A DNA stretch of 64,000 bases, taken from NCBI GenBank assembly GCA_951406725.2, contig OX597829.1:23994001-24058000 (forward strand), in the 5' to 3' direction. Under the pieces are notes generated by a model. The model searched no databases. It was not told the DNA's origin and saw only the letters and a list, made by a program, of their open reading frames with translations. The stretch comes from Octopus vulgaris (lineage: Eukaryota). Positions 1 to 12,577 of this stretch are shown here, piece by piece (within the stretch, counting starts at the first letter, position 1; each line of letters opens with the position of its first letter). The translations under genes were made by a program, and so were the position numbers.

Positions 1-334
1 ATAAAGCTGAAAACCAAATCTGATGTGAAAAGTACAATTGGATCGTATGTGCAACAAAAGCCAACGGTCATTAAGGAACCGAAACCTGTGAAAGAAATAC
101 CCAAAGTTACACATATTCCTCAGCCTGACTATAGTAAAGTAAAAAGCAAACTGTTTTCTGCCACTGCAAGTACGTCTACCAAACAGAAAATATCTTTAAA
201 AGCAACTAACAAAGTGACAAATAATTTGAAGACTAGACGAGATTCCACTAAATCTGTTGCTAGCAGCACTTCGACCCTAGAGTGTTCTAGTGACCATCAG
301 TCCGAAGACAAAGTAAAGAAAGAAAAAGAAAAAG
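1..334 (+). CDS. Internal coding exon (5' end outside window) of a basic, low-complexity, probable microtubule-associated (tau/MAP2/MAP4-like) protein
   Basis: Open frame from base 1 (IKLKTKSDVKSTIGSYVQQKP...PDYSKVKSKLF...VKKEKEK). Ends at donor AAG|GTATGA (GT at 335-336, phase 1), after which the sequence turns T-rich. KSDVKSTIGS and PDYSKVKSKL resemble the tau/MAP2 motif PDLKNVKSKIGS, so the family call is inference. Confidence 0.8.
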
Positions 335-949
335 GTATGAACTTTTCTTTTTGCTCTTCTTTTACTTCACCTCTAATCAACTTTGCCTGTATTAATAATT
401 TTTTTTTATTTTTTTTATTTTTTGTTTTTTTTAATAATGTAAGTGTAGAAAATAAGTTGCATTTGGTCTTTTTTAGTATTTTCTTTAATCCCTTTCTCCA
501 TGTTCCAATATCACCAGATCTCCTTTGTTCCATACTAAATAAGTGTAATATAAGCAAAGGTTGGGGTAATTGTAATTAATAAAATTCCACTTCCTTGAAA
601 GATATTGTCCTTATACTAAATTGAAACTAATCGTTATAACAGACATATACAGCATCTTGCGTACAGAAAGCAATTAAGCTCCTGGATGAATTCATCTTAG
701 TTTCAACTCTTGGTAGGAGCTTTTTCTCTTCCCTAACATCAAGCCACTTAAGAAAACGCATTGTCTCAGCCTCCTCATTTTGTGAGACAATAGTTGCAGC
801 CCATTTTGAATCTGTCTCTGATTTCCTTAGACAGGCTTTGAACCAAAGGCTGACATGAGACAATAACAAGGTAGAAAATTATAATATAAATTTTTATTAG
901 CCTAATAATAATAATAATAATAATAATAAAACATTGTGTGCACTACAAC

Positions 950-1225
950 TCATCTAAAGTGTATGTATAGTACATAGGGTAATGTACAAGCGTCAGGAAA
1001 AGAACAGTGCATGAATCATGACATACACATATGTGTATGAGTATGGAAGGGGGACAATCAGGTGTAGTTTTGGCGGATTTCGGAAAGCATGAGGGCCTTA
1101 AAGGATGCAGTGTCATGGCAGTCAACAACTGACGCAGGCAGTTTGTTCCACGCTTCAGCAACTCTGAGCGTGAAAAAATGTTTCCGAAAGTCATGGGAGC
1201 TGTGCTGTTTTCTGACTTTGTAAAG
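950..1225 (-). mobile_element. CR1/L2-type LINE 3' fragment
   Basis: Minus ORF HSSHDFRKHFFTLRVAEAWNKLPASVV...FK matches the CR1-clade ORF2 C-terminal motif (FFxxRVxxxWNxLP). Confidence 0.75.
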
Positions 1226-1821
1226 AGTCAAAAGTATCATTAGTATTTAAAACATGTCTCTTTATTAGTTGGGGGGGGGGGGGTCATACCACACCTCTTT
1301 ATTAGTCAAATGAAAGAAGTTATTTGTAGTTACACTGCCTACACCACCAATCTATTATCTTCAGGATCTCTGAGATAAGAAAATGGTAATAACTGCAAAA
1401 ATAGTGTGATGAAATATTCAATTTAAGCTTTTGTTAATGAATGTTTTAGATGTAAGGGAAATAGGATTGAAGAAAACATCAGCATCTCAAAGGATTGCAT
1501 GAAAGATTTATGAGCCAATGAGGGTGCTTCTGTGCAGTTTCTCCACCTGCTAGACATAGAAGTTAAATTTCCGTCAGATATACAGAGTCTTAAGAATAAA
1601 GGGTTCAATGAACACTCTTGTCTTAGATACACTATTCCTGAACGTCAGGTGGTGATCATAGCTCTTCATTCTCAGTTTGATTAATGAGGGCAAATCTGGA
1701 TCTAAGCAACAACATCAAAACAGTTTGTCAGTCATTCCTGCTGCAGCAGTCTTCTGGAATTAAAATAGCAAAATGTGTAACTCAAATCCTAAGCAGCCAT
1801 GGGTAATGACCTATAGTTATT

Positions 1822-2000
1822 CATCATCATTATCATCATCATTTAATGTCTGTTGTCCACGTTGACATGGGCTGAATAGTATGACCAGAGCTGGCAAGCT
1901 GGTGGGTTTTACATCAGACTCCAGTTTGATTTGACATGGTTTCTATGGCTGGATGCCCTTCCTAATGCCAACCACTTTACAAAGTGTGCTGGGTACTCCT
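1822..2000 (-). mobile_element. SINE or LINE-tail family with (ATG)n tail (RTE-tail-like)
   Basis: (TCA)n, then tttaatgtc...ggatgcccttcctaatgccaacc. The same family recurs at about 28547-28825, 32280-32430, 37170-37260, 41098-41430 and 44438-44690. Confidence 0.65.
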
Positions 2001-2704
2001 ACATAGCATCACACAGGCACTTTTATGTGATACCACACAGGTACTTTTACATGGCACCATATGGGCACTTTTATATGATGCTGCATTGGCACTTCCACTA
2101 GTGCTGTACGCCACCAGAAGGATCAGTCTTAACACTTCTGTTGCAGAGTACAGGTCTTCTTGAGTACAGCCAGGTAGGTGCCAGGTATCTCAGTCCTTTA
2201 TCAATTCACCTGAAAGGTTCACCTTACTGAGGCCATTCTTCAGTACTTATACATAGGTACACAGCTTATCAACCATTCAGTGGTTACTTTTGTGTTGTGC
2301 TATTCGAGAGCCTGTCCATGCTGTATCTTTTTTGCTGATCTTTTTTTTTTTGTTGTTGTTCTTACTTACTAGTCATCGTTAACCAAACAACCCTAATATC
2401 AAAAATATCTCAGCCATGACCACCCTGTACTTCCTTTTCTAAGGCAGTCGGATGTTATTCAACAGAGACTGGCTGTTATTTCTAGTAGGTCAAACAGCCT
2501 CATAGAAGCTCCTTCGTTTGTTCATCTTCATGTTAGTTCTGACTAAATGTACATGTAATCAAAGCCTTCCCAACAACGACTATCCCATCATGGATATCTA
2601 GAACTATATTATCCAGTTTGACCTTTATCCAAGCAAGTAGATGTGACTCAAAGATTTGGTTGCTATTTCTAATATATTGAATAACTATATATATATATAT
2701 ATTA

Positions 2705-2900
2705 AAAGTGGGAAAGGCTGGTTTATGGGATTACCCTGGGTTTATCATCTACAAAGAGTTTAGCTTTATGGCATATCATCAGACCCCAAAACAGGTCTTG
2801 TAGCCAACAGGTTTTGGGGTCTTATGATACACCATAAAGCTAAACCCTTTATAGACAGGAAACCCAGGATAATCCCATAAACCAGCCTTCCCCACTTTTG
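2705..2900. repeat. About 195-bp imperfect foldback palindrome (MITE-like or Penelope-derived)
   Basis: aaaagtgggaaaggctggtttatgggatta...taatcccataaaccagccttccccactttt; arms about 90 bp; TA-rich flanks. Confidence 0.8.
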
Positions 2901-3237
2901 ATATATACTGCTCTATATCTTAGAGTGTGCTTCTTCTCCACGTTTATTTTCTACAAACAATATATGTTTTTTTTTTCTTTTCAAAATGTAACCACATGTG
3001 AATCATTGGCGATTTTTTTTTTTTTTTCCCTTCATCTTCCTCTTCTATTGGGCTTTCCTCTTTCTCCTGTTTCTGAAGCAGAGCTTTGCTCGAAACATAA
3101 AACCACCTTTCTTTCCTTCCCCAAGCATCTGCTAATACTTTACATATACCATGTCCTTGTGTTGTTGTTTGTTTTTGTTTTTTTTTTTTTGTTTGCTCTT
3201 CATTTTTGGGGATTTATATATATATACATATATATAT

Positions 3238-3271
<34 letters not shown>

Positions 3272-3533
3272 GCATATAGTGTCCCTCTTTAATTCCTTCA
3301 TATGCAATATTCAGTAGCATGGCATGTCTTGTTTGCCTTTGTTTGAATATTTTTTATTTGTTTATTGAAGGAGTAGGTAACAAGGACTGATTGGTTATAG
3401 AGCAGATGTAACTCATGATAAGTGAGGGCTTACTAGAAGGGATGAGTAATTGACTAAATACATAAAATATATATATTAGTGAACAAATGTCGAAAATAAG
3501 ATAAGGGGTGATGTACTGAATGCTATGGTGGTG

Positions 3534-3569
<36 letters not shown>

Positions 3570-3668
3570 GAGCAGAGTAACAATCCTTGTGCATTTTAAT
3601 TTGCTTAAAATAAATTAAATTGATCCAAGGGAAATAATCTATGATGTTATATATATATATATATATAT

Positions 3669-3868
3669 TTCTTTACTACCCACAAGGGGCTAAACACAGA
3701 GGGGACAAACAACGACAGACAAAGGGATTAAGTCGATTACATCGACCCCAGTGAACTAGTACTTAATTTATCGACCCCGAAAGGATGAAAGGCAAAGTCG
3801 ACCTCGGCGGAATTTGAACTCAGAACGTAGTGGCAGACAAAATACCGCTAAGCATTTCGCCCGGCGTG

Positions 3869-3871
<3 letters not shown>
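3669..3871 (-). mobile_element. tRNA-derived SINE, family with the gcctttcatcctttcggggtcgataaa core (OK/Meta-like)
   Basis: Reverse complement of the consensus gagctggcagaaacgttagc...gagttcaaattccgccgaggtcgactttgcctttcatcc. Many copies in the window. Confidence 0.8.
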
Positions 3872-3919
<48 letters not shown>

Positions 3920-4714
3920 ATGATGTAGTTAGCAGTTCTTGATTGAAATTTCTCTTGACTGAAAGAAGAAAAGCAAACCTGGTGGCAAATGTTAAAAACT
4001 CTTAAAGGTAAGGGAGATAATTTCACGAATATAAAAATTTTTCCTGTTAAAATTTATATAACAAAGGGAAGGATAGATTAGTTTTCATTTACAGACATGG
4101 GAAAAATTTAGGCCAACTGCATCTGAGGGACAGGGAATGATATATGGTGGTTGCTTAATATATATTTAAGATAGATGGTGAAAAATAAGTAAGTTGTTCT
4201 TGTTGTTTTGCATTAGGTCACATCCAATCAAACAGATTGATGGCTAAAAGGCATTTCTATAGTGACCGTCCAGTCTTCTTATGGTTATCTAGGCCTACAT
4301 TATCTAATAGGTCACTTTTTTTTTATTGAAATTTGCTTTTTAGTTAGAGAAAAAAACAAAAGCATAGCAGCGGGTATTAGCTAATGTCTGTTAGAAGAGG
4401 GGAGATAATTACAAGAAAGACAGTGGTGTGAGATTTGGCTGCTGTTATTTCTAGCAGTTACGGCTGCTAGGTGGAGACTCCTTCAAATTAAATATAATAG
4501 ATATGGAATATCATTCACATACACAAGTGCCAGTCCTGGTGTTGTTAAGTACCCTGGCCAAATTTCAGTACCCTTACATGTATAATTTGACATATTATTT
4601 TTGACTAGGAGCAAAAACTTACAAATGTTACAAATAAAGTATTTATTACAATTTATTAAAAGTTAGAAATAAATTGTTTTATTCTATTTTATTATTTTTC
4701 AAATTTTTTATCCC

Positions 4715-4960
4715 CGAAAATTTAGAAATAGCAGCCAAAGACAGCTTATTCCTTTCAACTACAGAAATTACTCCACAGTTATTTTTCTTCTTTTGCCTCT
4801 GTGAGTTACAAGTATTGTTATCTGTGGAGTAATTTCTGTAGTTAAAAGGAATTAAGCTGTCTTTGGCTGCTATTTCTAAATTTTCCATGTTGCTTAACCC
4901 TTTATTATATTTATATATAAAAAGACTTTTTGTAAAAGTTCCTACCAATAACGGTTCTCT
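4715..4960. repeat. Truncated duplicate of the foldback element at 6055-6360, including its right flank
   Basis: Near-identical to about 6096-6360, including aaagacttttt...cctaccaataacggttctct. Confidence 0.8.
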
Positions 4961-6000
4961 TTTGAACAATTCTACTACTGCTGTCTGAAAATAGCTTATC
5001 AAGGCATGGCTGTATAGCAAGGAATTTGCTTCCCAATTGCATTATTCCAGGTTCATTTCCACTGTGTGGCACATTGGGCAGGTGTCTTCTGCTGTATCCA
5101 TGGGACAATCAAAGCCTTGTGACTGGATTTGGTAGACAGAAACCAAATGAGGCTTGTCGTGTGTGTGTGTGTGTGTGCGTGCATTATTGTATCCTTGCCT
5201 TGATATCAGGTGATAGTTGTGAGTATCATCATGCAAGTGGTGTCCATCATTTCCAACAGAGAGCATATGAAGTATTTTGCCCAGATTGATAATCCCTCAC
5301 TATTAGCTGTGTGTGTGTACACAACAGGCTTCCACATAGTGTCTGTCTACCAAATCTGCTATAGTAGAAGGCACTTAAGGTGTCATGCAGTGGAACTGAA
5401 CTCAAAGCCACATGATTGTTACAGAGCAAGGCTTTTTTGTACATTTTATTTTTTTCAGTCAATTTGTTTTGTTTCTGGGGGTTTTTTTTTTACAATTGTT
5501 GTCTTTATTAATCTATTAGGAGCTATTATTATAAATTAATGATACCTCACAACTTCCAATAATCACTATGAGTATCTTAGCTTAACAACAAAATGTCAGC
5601 AAACATAGTATTGCCAACATAGCAACCATCGGCTCACTGGTGCATGAACTGATGTATTTTGTGTGCGTGTGTATTTTCCTTGCAATGTGTTTTGTCATAC
5701 ATCAGTTTCCATACTGCAGAAGCAAAGATGGTGCTTATATTTAATTCTTTTTTGATCACTTAAATCAGTCATCATTTTGTCATCAACTTTGATGACTCAT
5801 CAGTCTGTATACACTTTGCTTGCACCTTTTTAACTATCATATTGGCTGAAACAACATTTAGAGAACGTGTTGCTTAACATCATTTACTAAAACTTGTCAG
5901 AAACAATAACAATTTCAGGTACGATGGATAAATTATGAAGCACTCATAAATTTTAAGGTATTTCCACTACATGAAGTTACATGAATTCTAATGAATGCAT

Positions 6001-6054
<54 letters not shown>

Positions 6055-6056
<2 letters not shown>

Positions 6057-6308
6057 AATTAAGGGTTAAGCAACAAGTTGTGCTTAACCACATACCGAAA
6101 ATTTAGAAATAGCAGCCAAAGACAGCTTATTCCTTTCAACTACAGAAATTACTCCACAGTTATTTTTCTTCTTTTGCCTCTGTGAGTTACAAGTATTGTT
6201 ATCTGTGGAGTAATTTCTGTAGTTAAAAGGAATTAAGCTGTCTTTGGCTGCTATTTCTAAATTTTCCGTATGTGGTTACGGAAAATTTGTTGCTTAACCC
6301 TTAATTAT
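6055..6308. mobile_element. Foldback/MITE-like element with about 105-bp inverted arms
   Basis: ataattaagggttaagcaac...gttgcttaacccttaattat; inner arms gaaatagcagccaaagacagctta / taagctgtctttggctgctatttc; follows a (TA)n tract. Confidence 0.75.
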
Positions 6309-6425
6309 ATTTATATATAAAAAGACTTTTCGTAAAAGTTCCTACCAATAACGGTTCTCTTTACATACCGAAACTACTCAGTAAAATTTATTAATTTTAA
6401 ATTAATAATTATTTACCCTTATATT

Positions 6426-6459
<34 letters not shown>

Positions 6460-6646
6460 TGCTTATGCTTACATAAATTCCTTTGAATATGATGGACACC
6501 TATACTTTGTGTGAGGGGGTGGATATATACACACACATTTATAGGAATATGATAAAAAATCAAGGCTGTACAGATATTAGAGCATTTATAGATAGATATA
6601 AATACACACACATATGTATGTATATATATATATATACACACACACA

Positions 6647-6687
<41 letters not shown>

Positions 6688-7189
6688 CTCAAAATTAAGT
6701 TGAGTCACTTCTTATATTAACTCTTACTATATTAACTTATATGATTTTTAATATTTAGGCTATATAATTTTGAATATATTTTTGACTACAATGTCCTTTA
6801 TAAGTCTTTATAATTTTATATATACATATATTTAATGAAAAGAAGAAGGCAAAATTAAATTCTTTAACAATTGTTGCTGTACCAGCTCTACTTGCAACGC
6901 CTGTTTATGCAAAAATTCAAAATGAAAATTTATTTAATGTTTGCAGCCTTAGACATTAGAGAGGTACTCTATCAGACTTGCATCAAAGGTGTGTTGTCAC
7001 ATTGTGTGTCTTCCAGACCTTGCTTTATGACTTATATTGGGAGGAAACAAAGAAAAAGGGGGAAATAGCAAGTGTGGACATGGGATGAGTAAATGGGGTA
7101 GAGATTATATAGGGGTGGGGGAATCAAGAGGAAGGATACGCAGAAGAAGGAGAAGGATATATATATATATATGTATTCTCTATTATTAA

Positions 7190-7401
7190 CCCTTTCATTA
7201 CCAACCCGGCTGAAACCGGCCCTGGCTCTGAGTACAAATGTCTTGTTTTCATAAGTTTTGAATTAAAATCTTCCTTAGTCACAATTTACATTCCTAACAC
7301 TAGCTGAATGATAATCAAGTTATTTTACTAAATTATTTGTTATATTTAAAATAATTGAGAGAAACACAGAGCATCTCAAAATAAATACAGTAACGAAAGG
7401 G
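7190..7401 (+). mobile_element. piggyBac-type MITE, copy 1
   Basis: TTAA|CCCTTTCATTAC...GTAACGAAAGGG|TTAA: TTAA target duplication with CCCT...AGGG termini. Confidence 0.85.
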
Positions 7402-7741
7402 TTAAGCTATATAATTTTTAGTTTGCATTTATCACAAATGATTTACATATTTGATAAATATTTATTACAATTTCCTATCATCTCTCTATTATATATTTAT
7501 TACAGTTGATTGTCATTTTATATGAAAAAAATTCTTTTGTCTTTTTATGACATTTTAATGTAACAGTAGACTCACTGCCATCATATGATGTCTATAACTA
7601 TAATTGATGTCCTTTCCTTGCTAAAAATACAGAATTCAACTTTGTATCTTTTTATATCAGTACATATATATACATATATACAGAAAACAATTTCTCTCCC
7701 CTCACTCCATTTGTTTCACATTTCTGTATGTGTACTTTTTA

Positions 7742-7963
7742 TAAGAAACACACAAAAAAACTGTTAGATTCACTTCAACAATTAAATTTAATTTGTCAAA
7801 ATATTTTCATTGCTTTGAGTCCGCGACCTGTTCATTGACAAAATTCCGTGCTGCAGCACGGAATTTTGTCAGCGAACAGGTTGTGGCCTCAAAGCAACGA
7901 AAATATTTTGACAAATTAAATTTAAATGTTGAAGTGAATCTAACAGCTTTTGTGTGTTTCTTA
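7742..7963. mobile_element. About 220-bp palindromic foldback MITE
   Basis: taagaaacacacaaaa...ttttgtgtgtttctta, self-complementary through the centre gtgctgcagcac. It gives near-identical ORFs on both strands in the track. Confidence 0.85.
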
Positions 7964-8319
7964 AATGGCTTATAAACACCTTCCATGCTGCAATTGTTTT
8001 TGTTCCAGCACACGATCTCAGATCAGAACACTTGCTATGCAAGTACATCTCCGTAATACTTTTTATATTTTTAGTAATATGATCATATCAATCTGTTTAG
8101 TTTTGCATTCAATGATTTCTACATATCTTGATGTTTTTTTTTTTTGTTTCACTTGTCTTTTAAATATGATTCTCATTATATTGCAGTTTATCTTTCCTTT
8201 ACTTATATGCTGGGTGTTTGGGTTATATTTGACAGTTTGCATAAAAGAGAAATAAATCACAATATTCCATCCAAGAATAAAAATATTTTTTAAATCAAAA
8301 AAGTACAACTAGATTATGA

Positions 8320-8960
8320 CTGGGAGGTAATAGTTTACTTGAAGAAGCCACCCTCAGCTTCCATCATGGCCTCAAGACAGCTTAGAAACTTGGAACATGC
8401 ATTCCTTACTCTGTCTCAAGAAAATCTTCAAACACTTCCTTGATATTTGCCATCAGCTCAGCCTTGGTGTTGCATGCAGAGCAGTTGGTGTCTTTCTCAA
8501 CCATGCCCCAAATAGTAAAATCCATGAGATTTCAATCAGGGAAATTAGAAGGCAAGAAATTGGGGCTGATGAAATCACTGAAATTTTTCAGCAATCAAAT
8601 CTGACTCTTTCTGGAGGTATGTCAGGGAGCTAAATCCTGCTGCCACACATGTCCTTCCAGCAGCTACCCTCTCCAGTAGCTTCACATAGCTGTCTCAATT
8701 GAGTCAAAGGCCTTGTTCATCAGTTGTTCGATGAATTCTAGTCTGCAGATACAGCCAAAATTTGTGCTGTGTCCCTTCCTGCTGGTCATGGCTTCATAGT
8801 CTCCCTTACAGCTGTCCATATCACATCTTACAGCCTTTACAGTGTTCACAGAGCATTGAACAGCAAATCATCATGATACAGGTAACTCTTTCCTAATAAT
8901 CTGATGGCTTCCAGTCTTCCATGTCAGCTAACTATTTTTCAATTACAACTTTAATCTTTA
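8320..8960 (-). mobile_element. Decayed Tc1/mariner transposase, DD37D (maT-like)
   Basis: Minus strand reads VWQQDLAP*HTSRKSQI*LLKNFSDFISPNFLPSNFPD*NLMDFTIWGMVEKDTN. There are 37 residues between the 2nd and 3rd catalytic D, and in-frame stops. Confidence 0.75.
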
Positions 8961-8974
8961 TGCCTTCCAATACC

Positions 8975-9205
8975 TATTTCTTTACTACCCACAAGGGGCT
9001 AAACACAGAGGGAACAAACAAGGACAGACAAATAGATTAAGTCTATCACATCGACCCCAGTGTGCAACTGGTACTTATTTAATCGACCCCGAAAGGATGA
9101 AAGGCAAAGTCGACCTCGGCAGAATTTGAACTGAGAACGTAACGGCAGACGAAATACGGCTACGCATTTCGCCCGGCGTGCTAACGATTCTGCCAGCTCG
9201 CCTTC
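8975..9205 (-). mobile_element. OK/Meta-like tRNA-derived SINE
   Basis: Full-length reverse-complement copy of the family consensus. Confidence 0.8.
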
Positions 9206-9544
9206 CAATACCGTTGGTTGTTCACCAATACATTATGTTGTTGTTCCTGCAAAAAGAAGACATTGAAAAAAATCATCAAATTTAGCCCAAACACCTTTAT
9301 ATAAGCCTAGTACTTATTCTATCAGTTTCTTTTACCAAACCGCTAAGTTACAGGAACATAAACACACCAGTATCAGTTGTCAAGCGATGGTGGGGGGATA
9401 AATTCAGACACGCAAATATATATATATATAAAAGAGTCCTTTCAGATTGTATCACTTAGGCCAATCAGCTGGCCCAGGTATCCCAAAGGGTTAAGATTAC
9501 ACAAGGACACATCTTGAATTATAATCCCTTCTATACAGTATAAG

Positions 9545-9940
9545 TTAAGGTGTGGCTGTGTGGTAAGAAGCTTGTTTTCCAACCACATGATTCTAGGTTC
9601 AGTCCCACTGGATGACACCTTGGGCAAGTGTTTTCTACTACAGCCATAGGCTGACCAAAACCCTGTGAATGGATTTGGTAGACAGAAACTGAAAGAAGCT
9701 TGTTGTGTACATACATATGTGTATGTGTGTATTTTTGTGTCTGTGTTTGTCCCCCATCTCCATCACTTGACAATCTTGTTGGTGTGTTTATGTCCCCTCA
9801 ACAAAGTGCTTCAGCAAAAGAGACCAAGCTTTAAAAAAAGAGAGACTGGGGTTGATTCACTCATTCACTTGACTAAAATTTCTTCAAGGCAGTGCTCCAA
9901 CATGGCCATTGTCTCATAACAGAAGCAAGTAAAAGATGAA
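9545..9940 (+). mobile_element. CORE-type tRNA-derived SINE (OR-like) with internal microsatellite
   Basis: A box gtggctgtgtggtaag, B box ggttcagtccc, CORE-like caccttgggcaagt, 3' end gtgctccaacatggcc. Confidence 0.75.
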
Positions 9941-10199
9941 AAATATATATACACACACACATGCACGCTTACACACACACAGGCGCAGGTATGGCTATGT
10001 GGCCATACAGAAAGTTAAACATAACTTTAATTTTTTTTTTTATATGTAGAGGTTACTTTCTGATTTTAAAATAAATAAAATGTCTTATGTAATTATACTA
10101 GAAAACCAGCTGTTAGCTAATCATAATTTGGATTGATTTGATTGTTTGAAGGGAAGCCGCTCCTGCAGCACCCTGCTATCTTGAAGATAGCATGTTAGC

Positions 10200-10595
10200 A
10201 TTACTCTTTCACTTCTTTCAGTCATTTGACTGTGGCCATGCTGAAGCACCACCTTTATTCGAGCAAATCTCAGGACTTATTCTTTGGAAGCCTAGTACTT
10301 ATTCTATCAGTCTATTTTGCTGAACCGCTAAGTTACTGGGACATAAACACACCAGCATCGGTTGTCAAGTGATTGGGGGGGACAAACACAGACACACAAA
10401 CATACACGCATGCACGCACACACACACATACGACGAGCTTCTTTCAATTTCCATCTACCAAATCCACTCACAAAGCTTTGGTCAGCCCGAGGCTATAGTA
10501 GAAGACACTTGCCCAAGGTGCCACACAGTGGGATGAACCCAGAACCATGTGGTTGGTAAGCAAGCTACTTACCACACAGCCACTCCTACGGCTAT
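10200..10595 (-). mobile_element. CORE-type SINE (OR-like)
   Basis: Full-length reverse copy. Other copies at about 5005-5300, 19225-20110, 30360-30745, 33955-34330, 35870-36262, 46955-47495, 50135-50498, 51635-52052, 58722-59120 and 62228-62480. Confidence 0.8.
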
Positions 10596-10803
10596 AGTAC
10601 AACTCCATATATATTTATCAAAATAAGCAATGTAATTTTATTTACATTCACTACATTTTTATATAGATTTATTATTTACTACAATAAGCAATTAAATATG
10701 TAAATTCTTACTTCATTTTTACATATTCTACTTATGACCATTTTATTATATTTTTTTCGCTAGTTTTCAGTTAGCATATCCAGGGCAACATTATCAAACA
10801 TAT

Positions 10804-10945
10804 ATAAAACTGTATACAGCTATGGTACGACCACACTTGGAATTCGTATCATATTTCTATGCTATATCTAATAAACCTCCTGGAATCTGTCCAGAGACGT
10901 GCAACCAAACGCATACCCTCCATCAGACACCTACCATATTCTGAC
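10804..10945 (+). mobile_element. CR1-type LINE ORF2 fragment
   Basis: Reads LYTAMVRPHLEF...LLESVQRRATKRIPSIRHLPYS, the typical CR1 'RPHLEY...ESVQRRATK' motif. Confidence 0.7.
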
Positions 10946-11447
10946 TTGATTATATCAGTTCATGTACGTTTGATGTAAAGGTACATTAATTAATTAACAA
11001 TCTTCCTCCAATAAAGGTAAATCATTTTTATTTTTTCTAATGATTCGTTAGATATTTATCATTTAGTGTCCAGGTACTACTATGACAGATTATTAGTCAT
11101 CAGACATTTCATAAGTTTATTGATTCTCTGTCCATTCCTTATCAAACATATTCTACTTATGACCATTTTATTATATTTTTTTCGCTAGTTTTCAGTTAGC
11201 ATATCCAGGGCAACATTATCAAACATATCCTTTACCTCAAAGACTCTAGAGTGTGTGATTTGAGGAACTTAGTGGTTCGGCAAAAGAGAATGATAGAATA
11301 AGTATCAGGCTTAAAAAACAAGAAGAAAAAAACCCTAAATACTGGGGTCAATTCATTTGACTAAAATTTCTTCAAAGTAGTGCCCCAGCATGGCCACAGT
11401 CTAGTGAATGAGACAAAAGATAAAAGATAAGATATATATGTGTGTAT

Positions 11448-11680
11448 AAGGCGGTGAGCTGGCAGACACGTTAGCGCACCGGGTGAAATGCTTAGCAGTA
11501 TTTCGTCTGTCGTTACGTTCTGAGTTCAAATTCCGCCGAGGTCAACTTTGCCTTTCATCCTTTTGGGGTCGATAAATAAAGTACCAGTTACGCACTGGGG
11601 GCGATATAATCGACTCAATCCCTTCGTCTGTCCTCGTTTGTCCCCTCTATGTTTAGCCCCTTGTGGGCAGTAAAGAAATA
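11448..11680 (+). mobile_element. OK/Meta-like SINE
   Basis: ggcggtgagctggcagacacgttagc...gtttagccccttgtgggcagtaaagaaata. Confidence 0.8.
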
Positions 11681-12227
11681 TATATATGTGTGTATATATG
11701 TATACACACATGCACACATATGTGCATAGGCATGGCTGTGTGGTAAGAAGTTTGCTTCCAAACTGCATGGTTCTGGATTCTGTCTCATTGCACAGCATAT
11801 TAGGCAACAATCTTCTACAATATCCCTATGGCAACCAAAGCCTGGTGTCTGGATTTGGTAGATGGAAACTAGAAAAGAAGCTCTCCACTCACATACTTGT
11901 GTGTGTGTGTGTGTTTGTGTTTATCTTGACATCACATGATAGTTGTAAAATGCTTGTCACAAGAAATACCATTCGTTTCTGATATTCTGCAAGAATAGGT
12001 CTGGGCATGAGGAAACATTACTTTACTTGGAAACAGCTAAAGGTTGGTGGCAGAAAGGGCATCTGACTGTAGAAAATCTGCCTCTGTGTGTGTGTGAGAG
12101 AGAGGGAGGAGATGCAAGACATATTGTCAGGGTGTTGTTTTTTAGTCTTAGAGCAATCATGCTGAAGCTTTGTCATCCTGCCTTTTTCAAAGCTGTCTAT
12201 GTTATGTGTACTTTCTGTTATAAAATA

Positions 12228-12577
12228 CTAGCAGTATCACCCGGCGTTGCTTGGGTTTGTAAGGGAAATAACTATAAAGCATTTTTAGAGAGTTATAGCC
12301 AAAAAGTAGCAAAACAATGCATTAAAAATGGAAAAAAAATTATGGTAAATTTTTTTAAAATCGTTGACTCATCGTAGACATTTTTAGAGAGTTACTTCCC
12401 TTATATAATAGCGAAAAAAATGCATTAAAATGGAAAAAAATTATGGTAAATTTTTTTTTAAATCGTAGACTCATTGTGGACACGCGCTAATACCCAGAAG
12501 GGCTCGATATGAATCACGACTATAAGATACCCGGTTTTGGTTAAACTGACACACAACTTCACTTTTATATATAAAGA
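12228..12577 (-). mobile_element. Non-autonomous Helitron, copy 1 (internal deletion)
   Basis: On the minus strand: A|TCTTTATATATAAAA at the 5' end, a subterminal GC hairpin, and CTAG|T at the 3' end. Confidence 0.75.

Noticed and set aside
335-579. C-terminal half of the 184-aa ORF 25..579
   Set aside because: Read-through into T-rich intron after the GTATGA donor; composition switches to poly-Phe.
627-869. 80-aa minus-strand ORF
   Set aside because: No recognisable motif or splice context; probably a decayed repeat or chance ORF.
3079-3317. Possible alternative exon after an AG-free tract (AELCSKHKTTF...)
   Set aside because: No convincing donor, and the frame runs into microsatellite; cannot be supported without transcripts.
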